64,000 bases of DNA, taken from the IMG/VR virus record IMGVR_UViG_3300022074_000013, positions 30,776-94,775 of that record, one strand, 5' to 3'. Both the position numbers and the translations under genes were made by a program. The DNA is from a virus. The notes below the pieces were generated by a model that saw only the letters and a program-made list of their open reading frames with translations, had not been told where the DNA came from and made no database searches. Shown here one piece after another: positions 29,779 to 39,452 of this stretch (position 1 is the stretch's first letter; every line of letters begins with the position of its first letter).

Positions 29779-30843
29779 ATGCAAATATTAAAAACAGAAA
29801 CACCCAAAGAAGTACGAGACTTTCCAGCGAAAGAAGAACTAAACCCTACAGACGTTGTAGAGATATTCCAAACACCTTTAACAGGTTCTTACAATTGGGA
29901 CTACACAGTCCAAGATAATCGTATCAAAAAACTATACGAACTAGGTAAGAAGTTAAATTGGAATGTAGAAGTTGACGTTGATTGGTCACCGCCATTCAAA
30001 CCAATGACATCTGAGTTCTTTGAATTCCAAGACAATCAATGGAAGAATCACGAACAATACAAAACATTAACCCAAGAAGAAAAGGAAGAATTTCACCAAG
30101 ATTTAAATTCATGGTCAGTAAGTCAATTCCTTCATGGAGAACAAGGTGCATTATTAGTTGCGTCACAATTAGCCAGTTGTGCACCCACATTCAATGCAAA
30201 ACTCTATGCAGCTTCTCAGACATTTGACGAAGCACGACATGTCGAAGCTTTTAACAAATATCTACAGACAAGACTCAAACGTTCATGGCCAATTGGCAGA
30301 AGTCTAAAAGGATTACTTGATAAAATTTTAACTGACCCACGTTGGGATTTAAAATTTATAGGTATGCAAGTTGTCATTGAAGGTTTAGCATTAGCCGCTT
30401 TTCAAGCAAGTCGAGAAACAAGTACCGACCCTGTATACAAAGAAATGATAGGACTTATCATTAGGGACGAAGCAAGACATGTAACTTTTGGTATCAACTA
30501 TCTAACTGATTTTGTCCAAACACTTTCAGAAGAAGAACAAATAGACAGGGCAAACTTTGCCTTGGAAGCATGTACTGTAAGTAGAAATAGACTTAAACCA
30601 ACTGCTGTATGGGAAAAGTATGGATTTGACGTTGATTATACATTAGACTACGAAAAACATAATATCTTTACCTCACAATTCCAAGACATACTATTTACTA
30701 GAATCATGCCAAACCTTAAAAAGATTGGACTACTGCGTGAAGAACTTATACCTGAATACGAAAAGTTAGGTGTTATGGGATACGCAGAAGGTGACAGTGA
30801 TTATGAAACAAGTTGGGAAGAATTATCGAAACCACTTAAGTGA
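29779..30843 (+). CDS. Ferritin-like di-iron carboxylate protein (AurF/aldehyde decarbonylase-like family)
   Basis: Two E...DEARH pairs: 'HGEQGAL...DEARHVEAF' and 'IEGLALAAF...DEARHVTFG'. Confidence 0.85.
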   Translation: MQILKTETPKEVRDFPAKEELNPTDVVEIFQTPLTGSYNWDYTVQDNRIKKLYELGKKLNWNVEVDVDWSPPFKPMTSEFFEFQDNQWKNHEQYKTLTQEEKEEFHQDLNSWSVSQFLHGEQGALLVASQLASCAPTFNAKLYAASQTFDEARHVEAFNKYLQTRLKRSWPIGRSLKGLLDKILTDPRWDLKFIGMQVVIEGLALAAFQASRETSTDPVYKEMIGLIIRDEARHVTFGINYLTDFVQTLSEEEQIDRANFALEACTVSRNRLKPTAVWEKYGFDVDYTLDYEKHNIFTSQFQDILFTRIMPNLKKIGLLREELIPEYEKLGVMGYAEGDSDYETSWEELSKPLK

Positions 30844-30859
30844 AAATATAAATAGTATT

Positions 30860-32242
30860 ATGAAGTCTTTCTCACAATTCACAGACAAAATTACCGTAAC
30901 GAATCCTAAGCATGTGATTCGTGAGTTAACTGTGTCACCACACTACAAAAACAGAAACGGATTCAATCCTTATTATGTTCTAGACATAGACGATAAAGAT
31001 GTCAAAGCAACAGTAGGTGCAGGAAAGATACTTTATAAATCAGTAGAGAATCCTACAGGTGAACTTCTCAAAAAATTAGGTAATGGTAAATACTATTTTC
31101 AAGTAGAACTAGACGGTTCTGATACTCCGTATTACATTCAATCAACTAAAGCAAAAGTCAAAGCACACTTTGGAAGTAAGAGTAGAAAGGATTCAACTGC
31201 TTCTTCCAACGTGAATGAATTACTAACCGTACACTTCTTAATACACCCCGACCAAATTCAAAATCAATTTGACTTTGAGAAATGGGTTGCAGGACAAAGT
31301 GGCGGAACAGGAGTTCTTGCAGGTTCAGGAAAAGAAGTCACCTATGAAGACATAGTTATGTTATTAGATAAAGACGAAACTTCATTGAGAGATATTCTAA
31401 TCGGAATGAACAATGCAAAAGCAGTTGCAAAAGATTTAAAAGGAAGGTCAATCAAAAATGTATATTGGGTTCCAAGAGGTAAACCTGCAGGGATAGGTGG
31501 TAAGAATCCTTCGGACGTTATCGTTCAAACTGCAGACGGATATCAAGGATACTCTAACAAGATATCAGGTGGTGCAGACGCTACACCTAAAATCAATACA
31601 AACTTAGTTGCATTCTATTCTAAAGTAGGAGATAAGGGACAACTTGGTAGAATTAAATCTATGATTGATAACGCATGGGTCAAAGCGACTTCCATGATAG
31701 ACCCCAAATATAAGAATGCTCACAAAGCAATCAACTCATTTAATATCAAGAAAGAAAAGTATAGTGAGTCCTCTTCACAAAGAGCATTCGCTACAATAGC
31801 AAAAGAATTCCAAAAAGATAAATTAGATTTCTATTCAAAAGATTTCTATTGGCCTTTTAGGAATGCTTTACTAGACGACTTTTCAAAATATGTTTCTTCA
31901 CCAAGAAACCTACTATACTTTTTGAATACTATAGGTTACTATACATATGACGACCCTAATTCAACACCATGTCCATATAAACTATTGATAGGTAGTGAGA
32001 AGGGTTCAACAATTAAAGACGTTAGTGGAGACGACAGTTTTAGACAAATGTTAATGTCAGATAATGCTAGTGATTTTAGTAAAATAAAATCTTCGTATGA
32101 CGGTAAACAACAAACGTTTAAGTTGTCTTGGCATTATAAACCTTTAAAGATTGACGCAACCATGCCAGTTGTTTTAAGAACTAGACAAGCAGGGGGTTGG
32201 TCAGGTAAATCTTTATATGTAACCAGTAGTGGAATAAAATAA
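30860..32242 (+). CDS. Putative head-packaged protein with a possible PD-(D/E)xK nuclease motif
   Basis: Start set 5 nt after TATAAATA (30847). N-terminus MKSFSQF; motif 'VNE...PSDVIV...GYSNK'. Confidence 0.55.
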   Translation: MKSFSQFTDKITVTNPKHVIRELTVSPHYKNRNGFNPYYVLDIDDKDVKATVGAGKILYKSVENPTGELLKKLGNGKYYFQVELDGSDTPYYIQSTKAKVKAHFGSKSRKDSTASSNVNELLTVHFLIHPDQIQNQFDFEKWVAGQSGGTGVLAGSGKEVTYEDIVMLLDKDETSLRDILIGMNNAKAVAKDLKGRSIKNVYWVPRGKPAGIGGKNPSDVIVQTADGYQGYSNKISGGADATPKINTNLVAFYSKVGDKGQLGRIKSMIDNAWVKATSMIDPKYKNAHKAINSFNIKKEKYSESSSQRAFATIAKEFQKDKLDFYSKDFYWPFRNALLDDFSKYVSSPRNLLYFLNTIGYYTYDDPNSTPCPYKLLIGSEKGSTIKDVSGDDSFRQMLMSDNASDFSKIKSSYDGKQQTFKLSWHYKPLKIDATMPVVLRTRQAGGWSGKSLYVTSSGIK

Positions 32243-32243
32243 T

Positions 32244-32855
32244 ATGTATGAACTAGTTGAAGAGGCCGCAAAGGTCTTACGTAATCCTACTGAAAAGTTT
32301 GATTTCGATAATCCGCAAACAGACCCAAAAGAATTACAAGCAGGTCTCGTAGAAACCATGGGAAAATATGGTGGACTTGGTTTAAGTGCTAATCAAGTCG
32401 GTGTAGACCTGAGTGTTTTTGTTATGCAAACACAGGACGAAGGAATCGTTGCATTTTTCAATCCTGAGTTAGTTCAGATATCTCAAGAAACAGAAATGAT
32501 GAAGGAAGGTTGTCTTTCTTTTCCCGACATATATATTATGCTCAAGCGACCAAAAGTAGTTGTAATGGACTACCAAACAGTTGACGGTGAAAAACGTTCA
32601 ATAAAGTTAGAAGGATTGGGTGCAAGGTGTGTGCAACATGAAATAGACCACTTAAATGGTATTATATTTTTACAACGTGCATCACAATTAAAAATAGAAC
32701 GTGCTCTAAAATCAAGACCAAAAGAAAGAGCAAAGAGATTAGAATATGAACAACGCAGAGCAATCGCAGAAGCCCTACGAACCGCAAATGCTGAAAAATC
32801 TGTTGACTCCGAACGAGTGCCAACAGATAATACACTTTCACAAAACGCATCATAA
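32244..32855 (+). CDS. def: Peptide deformylase
   Basis: GLGLSANQVG, EGCLS and QHEIDHLNG. Confidence 0.96.
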   Translation: MYELVEEAAKVLRNPTEKFDFDNPQTDPKELQAGLVETMGKYGGLGLSANQVGVDLSVFVMQTQDEGIVAFFNPELVQISQETEMMKEGCLSFPDIYIMLKRPKVVVMDYQTVDGEKRSIKLEGLGARCVQHEIDHLNGIIFLQRASQLKIERALKSRPKERAKRLEYEQRRAIAEALRTANAEKSVDSERVPTDNTLSQNAS

Positions 32856-33369
32856 CTTAAGAACCGTAGGAAACGGTGCTGGTTACAAGGGTATAAGATT
32901 TTGTCATGTCCAAACACAATGGGTACGAACTCTAATAGATAGAGTTTGGATACGATTAGTTGCTCAAGTTTATAAAACCCAAGGTAAAATTGTTTATCCC
33001 GAAATGATTGGAATCAATGAATGGGTTATTGGTGGATATCAAGACCCACATTTAGATACTTACTCTACGCAGTCAGAACACTTACCAAACTTTGACCCCA
33101 ACGAAAAACAAAGAGAGTGGACTTGTATTTTATATTTAAATGATAATTTCTCAGGTGGTGAAACTTATGTACCTAACGGAGAAACTTTTGTTCCTGAAAC
33201 AGGTGCAGGATTATTGTTTCAAGGCATTTACATAGAACATGGTGTAAACAAGATACGAAGAAACCAACGACATACTCTTTCATTTTGGTTTTCCGATAAT
33301 CAAGATAGGTGTATGCCTTTTCACGCAATTACTGATTTAACACAGAATGAAGAAACATTGAGATTATGA
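32746..33369 (+). CDS. 2OG-Fe(II) oxygenase (prolyl 4-hydroxylase-like)
   Basis: 'PHLD', 'CILYLNDNFSGGET' and 'HGVNKIRRNQRHTLSFW'. Confidence 0.88.
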   Translation: MNNAEQSQKPYEPQMLKNLLTPNECQQIIHFHKTHHNLRTVGNGAGYKGIRFCHVQTQWVRTLIDRVWIRLVAQVYKTQGKIVYPEMIGINEWVIGGYQDPHLDTYSTQSEHLPNFDPNEKQREWTCILYLNDNFSGGETYVPNGETFVPETGAGLLFQGIYIEHGVNKIRRNQRHTLSFWFSDNQDRCMPFHAITDLTQNEETLRL

Positions 33370-33953
33370 TTGATTTTAATTTCATAACAATTCCCGAAGT
33401 AATAACATCAGAAGAAGCAAAAGAATTAATCCATTTTCATAAAACACATAAACACTTATGTTCAGAAGATAACAATTCTCAGTATGACGGCAGAAAAATA
33501 CAAATAGAAAATATCAAAACTCAATGGATTCGTGAAATCGTAAGAAGACTTGAGTACATGGTAATAAGTGAAGTAGGACAATATGGGTCTAAAGTCTTTC
33601 CTGAACAAGCAGAGATTATGTGTCAACCAATCGGTTCTGAGATTACACCTCATACAGACGTATACGATTCTCAAGAAACAGGAGAACAGGTTATTCCCAA
33701 ATCAGAATGGGCGGCTGTATTGTACCTTAATGATTCAGAAGACGATTATAAAGGGGGTAAACTAAGATTCACACCATGTGAATCGATACCTATGGGGTTA
33801 GAATACGAGCCCCACGCAAGAGAAATGGTCGTATTCCAAGGAATGAAATTTGAACATTCCGTCACCAAAGTGTACCGTGGAGACAGGTACACCCTACCTA
33901 TGTGGTTCACCACAGATTTTAGAGATATAAGACCCGAATTCCCAAACCCTTGA
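33366..33953 (+). CDS. 2OG-Fe(II) oxygenase (paralogue of the preceding gene)
   Basis: 'PHTD', 'AVLYLND...YKGGKL' and 'HSVTKVYRGDRYTLPMW'. Confidence 0.88.
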   Translation: MIDFNFITIPEVITSEEAKELIHFHKTHKHLCSEDNNSQYDGRKIQIENIKTQWIREIVRRLEYMVISEVGQYGSKVFPEQAEIMCQPIGSEITPHTDVYDSQETGEQVIPKSEWAAVLYLNDSEDDYKGGKLRFTPCESIPMGLEYEPHAREMVVFQGMKFEHSVTKVYRGDRYTLPMWFTTDFRDIRPEFPNP

Positions 33954-33964
33954 TTCTAAAGGGA

Positions 33965-34004
33965 AAATGAGCTGTTGACAATGACATGCCTTTTTTGGTA
34001 GCCT
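33965..34004 (+). promoter_or_regulatory. Early-type promoter 1 (TTGACA-18-TAGCCT)
   Basis: Near-identical to the copies at 34152 and 36997. Confidence 0.8.
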
Positions 34005-34033
34005 ATACCTGTAATGAGAAAAAGGAGTTCAAA

Positions 34034-34153
34034 ATGAGCTGTGGATACAGGGAGATGTTCCTTGAAAAATACTTTGAAGAAGGTATAGAGAAAGGAATGT
34101 CAGAAGAAGAGGCGGCCGCATACGCTTTGAAATGTGCGGAAGAAATGGAGTAA
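34034..34153 (+). CDS. Small acidic early protein, 39 aa; absent from ORF track
   Basis: SD AAGGAG; MSCGYREMFLEKYFEEGIEKGMSEEEAAAYALKCAEEME. Confidence 0.7.
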   Translation: MSCGYREMFLEKYFEEGIEKGMSEEEAAAYALKCAEEME

Positions 34154-34191
34154 ATGAGCTGTTGACAGTGACAGCACTTTTTTAGTAAGCT
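34152..34191 (+). promoter_or_regulatory. Early-type promoter 2 (TTGACA-18-TAAGCT)
   Basis: Repeat copy, 6 nt before the ATG at 34198. Confidence 0.8.
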
Positions 34192-34197
34192 AGCCGT

Positions 34198-36597
34198 ATG
34201 AATGAGAAACTAACCACACAAAAAGACAACCTTGCGAGACTAATGGCGGGTGAAAATCTGACCGTAGTCCATAAAAGGATACCTACTGCATATTTTGATG
34301 TAAAGAATAGGGTTCTTGCATGTCCTATATTTAAGAATGATATCAGTCCTGCTTTATATGACTTGTTTATGGGTCATGAAGTTGGACATGCATTGAACAC
34401 ACCTTATGAAGGTCTTCACAGTGCACTAGAAAAAAACAGAACATTAAAAGGATATCTTAACGTTATTGAGGACGTTAGGATTGAGAAAGCAATCAAGAAC
34501 AAATACCCTGGCTTGAGACCTCAGTTCTTCAAAGCATACAAAGAGTTGATTCAAAGAGACTTCTTTGGAATCAAGGGTAAAGACGTAAACAAACTTTCAC
34601 TAATTGATAGAATCAACCTACTTACTAAAGTGGGTTCTACTGCAGGTTGTGAGTTTACGCCAGAAGAATTCAAGTTTGTTGAAATGGCAGAAGCATGTGT
34701 AACTTGGGAAGACGTTGTTGTCTGTGCTCAGGCAATCTATGATTGGTCTAAAGAAAACGAACAAAGAACTCAAGAAGACCAAGCGGTCTCTACTCTTCCA
34801 CAAGATGACTTTGACTTCGATGATGAAGATGAAGAAGAAGGTGAAGAGGGTGAATCAGGTGGATTTGGAGACAATGAAGAAGATGAAGAGGGTGACGATG
34901 AGTCACAGGGTTCTTCAAGTGAAGAGGGTGACTCTCTTCCTGACGCTCCTGAAACAGAAGAAGGTGAAGGTGAAGAGAGTGATGAAGAGTCAGAAGAAGA
35001 AGAAGGTGGACAAGGTGATATCTCTGCTAAACAAGGTGGTACATCTGCAAACATTCCCGAAGGTTCTCATTCTGATGATGAAGACGGTGCAAGGGAATCA
35101 ATCACTGAATACAATGCACACAACAATGAAGGTGAGTTTCTAGAAGACGCTCCGATTGTTAGACAAACTATCAATCTCGGAGACTCTAAAATGTTCGGGA
35201 AAGATGGCGAAGCAGAACACATGGTTGTGTCTTCTGAGGAAATTGTCAAAGAATTCAAATCTTGGTATGAAGAAGAACATGCAGACATAGGTTTCACTAT
35301 TGAAGCTGCTAACTTCTCTTACAAGAAAATCGTAGACAAAAACAAATCTCTAATCTCTCACATGGCGAAAGAATTTGAGATGAAACAGAATGCAATGAGA
35401 AGCGTTAAAGCGTTTCAAGGTAAGACTGGAAAACTTGATATGAATGCTGTTGCTAAGTATCAAGTTATGGACGATATCTTCAAGAGGGTTACTTACCTTC
35501 CTGACGGTAAAAACCATGGTGTCGTAGTTCTTCTTGATTGGAGTGGTTCTATTCATTCTTCCGTCAAAAACTTACTGGAACAATCTTTCATTCTTGCTGA
35601 GTTCTGTAAAAAGGTAAACATTCCTTACAAAGTGTATGCTTTCTCTGACCAATGGAAAACTGCTGAAAAAGAATACGGAAGAAGAGATAGTGCTTTACTT
35701 GAACTGTTTTCTAATGGTAAAAGTAAAATGACTCAAAAAGAAATGCAAACAGTGTTTGGAATTATCTACAACCAGTACATTACTGCTGAGACTAGAAACT
35801 GGAACAAGTCAGAAGAGATTCTTCAAGAATGGTTTGGTAAGTTGTTTGAAGGTAAATCATTTTGGGGTTATGTAAATGGTTTGGACGCCCCATACAAAGT
35901 CAGACTTGGTGGAACACCACTTAACAATTCACTTCTTGCAATGAGAAAAATTCTTCCTGAGTTTAGAAATGACAATCAATTAGAGAAACTAATTCTTACA
36001 GTAATTACTGACGGGTTTTCTCATGAGAGTGACCACCTAAGAAGTGGTTACGGTATGGAAGGTTTGAAAGACCAATTGAAAGAAGGCGAAGACACTTGGG
36101 ATATAGAAAAACACACTTACATTGTTGACCCTTATTCAAGAAAAACTTATGAATACAATGTTCCTAGAAAAAATTCTAACTATAGTAGATACGAAAGAAA
36201 TGACTGGGACAAAACTGCTAACCTGCTTCACTGGTTGCATGAAGAAACTGGTGTCACGGTTACTGGATACTTTGCTCTTGACAGAAAACAAGATTTCTAC
36301 GGTCTTCACAATGCATGTAATGACTTGAAAAAAGAAATCGAAAACAAGTTCGGATACGATGACGGTTACAGAAAAACTTGGGGTCAAATCAGAAAAGAAG
36401 GTTTGGTATTCAAGACTCATGGTTACGGAAAACTTTTTGTTTGCTGTTCCTCGAACTTGAAAACTATCAATGACGAATTGTCAGATGACTTGATAGGTGC
36501 TAAGAAATCAACACTGCTATCTAACTTCAAGAAAAACAGAAGTGGCAAAGTTGGTTCAAGATTTTTAACTAATGAATTTATAAAGGAGATTGCATAA
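34198..36597 (+). CDS. CobT-like protein: N-terminal HExxH domain, acidic linker, VWA domain
   Basis: 'HEVGH...EDVRIE', a Glu/Asp-rich linker, MIDAS 'LDWSGS', 'GGTPL' and 'ITDG'. Confidence 0.85.
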   Translation: MNEKLTTQKDNLARLMAGENLTVVHKRIPTAYFDVKNRVLACPIFKNDISPALYDLFMGHEVGHALNTPYEGLHSALEKNRTLKGYLNVIEDVRIEKAIKNKYPGLRPQFFKAYKELIQRDFFGIKGKDVNKLSLIDRINLLTKVGSTAGCEFTPEEFKFVEMAEACVTWEDVVVCAQAIYDWSKENEQRTQEDQAVSTLPQDDFDFDDEDEEEGEEGESGGFGDNEEDEEGDDESQGSSSEEGDSLPDAPETEEGEGEESDEESEEEEGGQGDISAKQGGTSANIPEGSHSDDEDGARESITEYNAHNNEGEFLEDAPIVRQTINLGDSKMFGKDGEAEHMVVSSEEIVKEFKSWYEEEHADIGFTIEAANFSYKKIVDKNKSLISHMAKEFEMKQNAMRSVKAFQGKTGKLDMNAVAKYQVMDDIFKRVTYLPDGKNHGVVVLLDWSGSIHSSVKNLLEQSFILAEFCKKVNIPYKVYAFSDQWKTAEKEYGRRDSALLELFSNGKSKMTQKEMQTVFGIIYNQYITAETRNWNKSEEILQEWFGKLFEGKSFWGYVNGLDAPYKVRLGGTPLNNSLLAMRKILPEFRNDNQLEKLILTVITDGFSHESDHLRSGYGMEGLKDQLKEGEDTWDIEKHTYIVDPYSRKTYEYNVPRKNSNYSRYERNDWDKTANLLHWLHEETGVTVTGYFALDRKQDFYGLHNACNDLKKEIENKFGYDDGYRKTWGQIRKEGLVFKTHGYGKLFVCCSSNLKTINDELSDDLIGAKKSTLLSNFKKNRSGKVGSRFLTNEFIKEIA

Positions 36598-36752
36598 TGA
36601 CTTTTGAAGAATTTGTAAAACACATGTTCGTTGAGAACTGTATGGAAAGGAAAGCATGGGGTGAGAAACCTTTTGCTGACGTGAGTGAATATTATTCGTG
36701 GGGAACTAACTCAAGTTTCCTCGTAAAACTATGGAGTGAGAAATATGCTTAA
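36597..36752 (+). CDS. Small hypothetical protein, 51 aa; absent from ORF track
   Basis: SD AAGGAG and TAATG coupling; MTFEEFVKHMFVENCMERKAWGEKP... Confidence 0.65.
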   Translation: MTFEEFVKHMFVENCMERKAWGEKPFADVSEYYSWGTNSSFLVKLWSEKYA

Positions 36753-37002
36753 GACTAGAGACCCATTGAGGGTAGACCCAATTTACTATATCAACATTGA
36801 CGGTATGAATCATTCTGCTTTCGCAGACGCTGTTATGGACGTAGGAGACCCGCCCTGCGTAGCGAATGACTGCGATAGGGTATCCAAATGTGCTGAAGAG
36901 GGTGTAGAGTGCTTCGCATTCAGGATATGGGTCAATAATGGTGGTGATTTGAACGAAAAACAGGTCAAAAAAATGGGAAAATTACTTCAACCATGCAAAT
37001 AG
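36745..37002 (+). CDS. Small Cys-rich hypothetical protein
   Basis: 'PPCVANDCDRVSKCAEEGVECFAF'. Confidence 0.6.
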   Translation: MLKTRDPLRVDPIYYINIDGMNHSAFADAVMDVGDPPCVANDCDRVSKCAEEGVECFAFRIWVNNGGDLNEKQVKKMGKLLQPCK

Positions 37003-37035
37003 CTGTTGACAGTGACATGCATTTTTTGTTAGCCT
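36997..37035 (+). promoter_or_regulatory. Early-type promoter 3 (TTGACA-18-TAGCCT)
   Basis: Repeat copy upstream of the AAA ATPase. Confidence 0.8.
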
Positions 37036-37076
37036 ATACACATGATGAGAAATAAATTAATAACTAAGGAGACTAT

Positions 37077-38360
37077 ATGAGCGCATCTTATGATAAAAAT
37101 GAGTCGATTTCCGTTGACGGTAAATCGTTTCATTACACGCCTGACAGGAAAGAGTTCCTAGAAGGTCTAATAGGTAAGTATCCTAATCAGACTTCCTTTA
37201 CGAAGGAAGAGATTGAGACACTAGGACACGTACCTTACTGGTTGAACAATACCAAAAGGTATCCGTTCAAAACGTCCACCGACAACGGGACTATCTTCAA
37301 TCTTGAAGCAGTTGTGAGTGGTTACAATGGTGGTTATGAACCTGAGACAGTGGTTCCTATCGCACCAGTTAAATCTGCCCCGATTCCTGCGGTTGCAAAA
37401 CCCCAGCAGTCACCAGTCGCAATGAAGACTGAAATGGCAGATATCAACCTCTTGAATGATAATGTAAAAATCATTCCTGAGAAAATGTCTAACTATGTTC
37501 CTTTTGGTCACTTTTCTGACGTTAAGAACATAATCAAGTCTGATATTTTCTTTCCAGTATTTGTTACTGGATTGAGTGGTAACGGTAAAACCTTAATGGT
37601 TGAACAAGTTTGTGCTCAATTGAAGAAGGAACTTTACAGGGTCAACATTACGATTGAGACTGACGAAGATGATTTAATGGGTGGTCACACTCTTGTCAAT
37701 GGTAACATTGTCTACAGAGAAGGCCCTGTTATCAAGGCAATGAGAAAAGGCGCTGTCCTTCTTCTTGACGAAGTTGACTTGGGTTCAAACAAGTTGATGT
37801 GTCTTCAATCAGTTCTTGAGGGTAAAGGATACCTAATCAAGAAAACTGGTGAGTGGGTTACTCCTGCTAAAGGTTTCACTATTCTTGCTACTGCAAATAC
37901 CAAAGGACAAGGTTCTGATGACGGTAAGTTTGTAGGGACTCAAATCATGAACGAAGCAATGCTTGAAAGATTTGCGGTCACAATGCAACAGGAATATCCA
38001 CCTGTAGTGACTGAGAGAAAAATCCTTTCTAAGGAAATGGCTCTAAGTGGTGATGTTGATATGGACTTCTGTGAGAAGTTGGTTGACTGGGCGGACGTTA
38101 TCAGAAAAACTTTCTATGAAGGTGCGATTGATGATGTTGTGACTACTAGAAGGTTGGTTCACATTGTGAATGCTTTCAGAATGTTTGGTGACAAACTCAA
38201 GTCTATTGAGATGTGCATATCTAGGTTCGATGAAGAGACTAGAATGTCTATCCTTGACCTCTACACTAAGATTGACGCTGGTGTTAATCCTTTTGAAGAG
38301 GTTGTTGAAGAGGGTTCAGAAGAAAATTCTGAAAACCCTCTAGACGAAGTTGACTTCTAG
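37077..38360 (+). CDS. CobS/MoxR-like AAA+ ATPase
   Basis: 'GLSGNGKT', 'LLLDEVD', 'ATANTKGQG' and 'NEAMLERF'. Confidence 0.9.
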   Translation: MSASYDKNESISVDGKSFHYTPDRKEFLEGLIGKYPNQTSFTKEEIETLGHVPYWLNNTKRYPFKTSTDNGTIFNLEAVVSGYNGGYEPETVVPIAPVKSAPIPAVAKPQQSPVAMKTEMADINLLNDNVKIIPEKMSNYVPFGHFSDVKNIIKSDIFFPVFVTGLSGNGKTLMVEQVCAQLKKELYRVNITIETDEDDLMGGHTLVNGNIVYREGPVIKAMRKGAVLLLDEVDLGSNKLMCLQSVLEGKGYLIKKTGEWVTPAKGFTILATANTKGQGSDDGKFVGTQIMNEAMLERFAVTMQQEYPPVVTERKILSKEMALSGDVDMDFCEKLVDWADVIRKTFYEGAIDDVVTTRRLVHIVNAFRMFGDKLKSIEMCISRFDEETRMSILDLYTKIDAGVNPFEEVVEEGSEENSENPLDEVDF

Positions 38361-38375
38361 ACATATAATAATGGT

Positions 38376-38663
38376 ATGAGTATTAATTACAAATACAACG
38401 AGAGAGAACTCTTAAAGGAGTTCTCTTCGTATATAGACAAGACTTATGACCAACACTATAGTCATAATCAATTTCAGGCGACTGAATTTATTATGGACAG
38501 TGGTCATGGTGAGGGATTTTGTATCGGGAACATTATGAAATATGCACAACGATACGGAAAAAAAGATGGGTATAACAGAGCAGACCTTTTGAAAGTAATC
38601 CACTATGGATTCCTTGCTCTAAACAATCATGATAGGAGACTAAAAAGTGATGAAGATAAGTAA
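38376..38663 (+). CDS. DUF3310-like protein
   Basis: 'GFCIGNIMKYAQRYGKKDG...DLLKVIHY'. Confidence 0.8.
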   Translation: MSINYKYNERELLKEFSSYIDKTYDQHYSHNQFQATEFIMDSGHGEGFCIGNIMKYAQRYGKKDGYNRADLLKVIHYGFLALNNHDRRLKSDEDK

Positions 38664-39315
38664 TGAAACTAAGGAAGTTCTAAAGAACTTCTCAACTATA
38701 AACTCTGGCATCAAAGTAGGTGCTGGAAACAAATTGGAGACTATCTCTAATATGAAAAATATTCTTGCAGTGGCAACGGTAAATGAATCGTTCCCTCAAG
38801 GATTTTCTGTGTATAACCTGCCTGAATTTTTGGGTGCAACGTCTTTATTTGAAGACCCCGACTTTCAATTCAACGATGCAGCTATGACTATTACGGATAA
38901 CAATTCGTCAATGTCATATTTCTATGCTTCCGAAGGAATGGTAACTTCACCTGAGAAAATGATTACAATGCCAGAGGCAGAAATTGTATTCGATATCAGT
39001 AGCACACTATTGAGTGACTTGAACAAAGCGTCAAGTGTTTTGGGTGTTAGTGATTTGGTTCTTGAATCAGACGGTACAAATATATCATTGACCGTCAAGG
39101 ATAAAAAGAACACGACTACAAACACGTTCAGTAGAATCGTGGGCACTGGAAATGGTGCTTCGTTCTCTATGAACTTTAAGATTGAGAACCTAAAAGTTCT
39201 TGCAGGTAACTATACAGTATCTGTATCAAGTAAAGGTATATCCCATTTCAAGAATAAGGATATTGACCTAGAGTATTTTATTGCACTGGAACCTGATTCA
39301 AAATATAGTGCCTAA
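38650..39315 (+). CDS. g45: Sliding clamp gp45
   Basis: 'MKISNETKEVLKNFSTINSGI', 'FKIENLKVLAGNY' and 'YFIALEPDS'. Confidence 0.95.
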   Translation: MKISNETKEVLKNFSTINSGIKVGAGNKLETISNMKNILAVATVNESFPQGFSVYNLPEFLGATSLFEDPDFQFNDAAMTITDNNSSMSYFYASEGMVTSPEKMITMPEAEIVFDISSTLLSDLNKASSVLGVSDLVLESDGTNISLTVKDKKNTTTNTFSRIVGTGNGASFSMNFKIENLKVLAGNYTVSVSSKGISHFKNKDIDLEYFIALEPDSKYSA

Positions 39316-39337
39316 AGGCATATATAATAATGTGTTA

Positions 39338-39452
39338 GTGTTATGCCAGTCTCTGTAATACTTTCGGGAGTGACCCCTTCTCATCACACAACTAGGGTGG
39401 GTCACGCCGTAAAATCGGTGGGGATTTTACAACCTTTTAACGAGACTAAATT
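39338..39452 (+). ncRNA. Structured 5' leader of g44 (three hairpins plus a candidate pseudoknot)
   Basis: Stems AGTGTTAT/GTAATACT, GTGACCC/GGGTCAC and GTAAAATC/GATTTTAC. Loop AGTCTC is complementary to GAGACT next to the start codon. Confidence 0.55.

Noticed and set aside
30770-30859. Upstream starts in the ORF track (30770, 24992, 61282, 46702, 40900, 58466)
   Set aside because: They overlap upstream genes. Downstream ATGs fit promoter spacing, translational coupling or homologue N-termini better.
34198-38360. Cobalamin biosynthesis (cobS/cobT) as an auxiliary pathway
   Set aside because: There is no cobN or other cob gene. The MoxR/VWA pair is common in T4-like phages and more likely acts as a chaperone.
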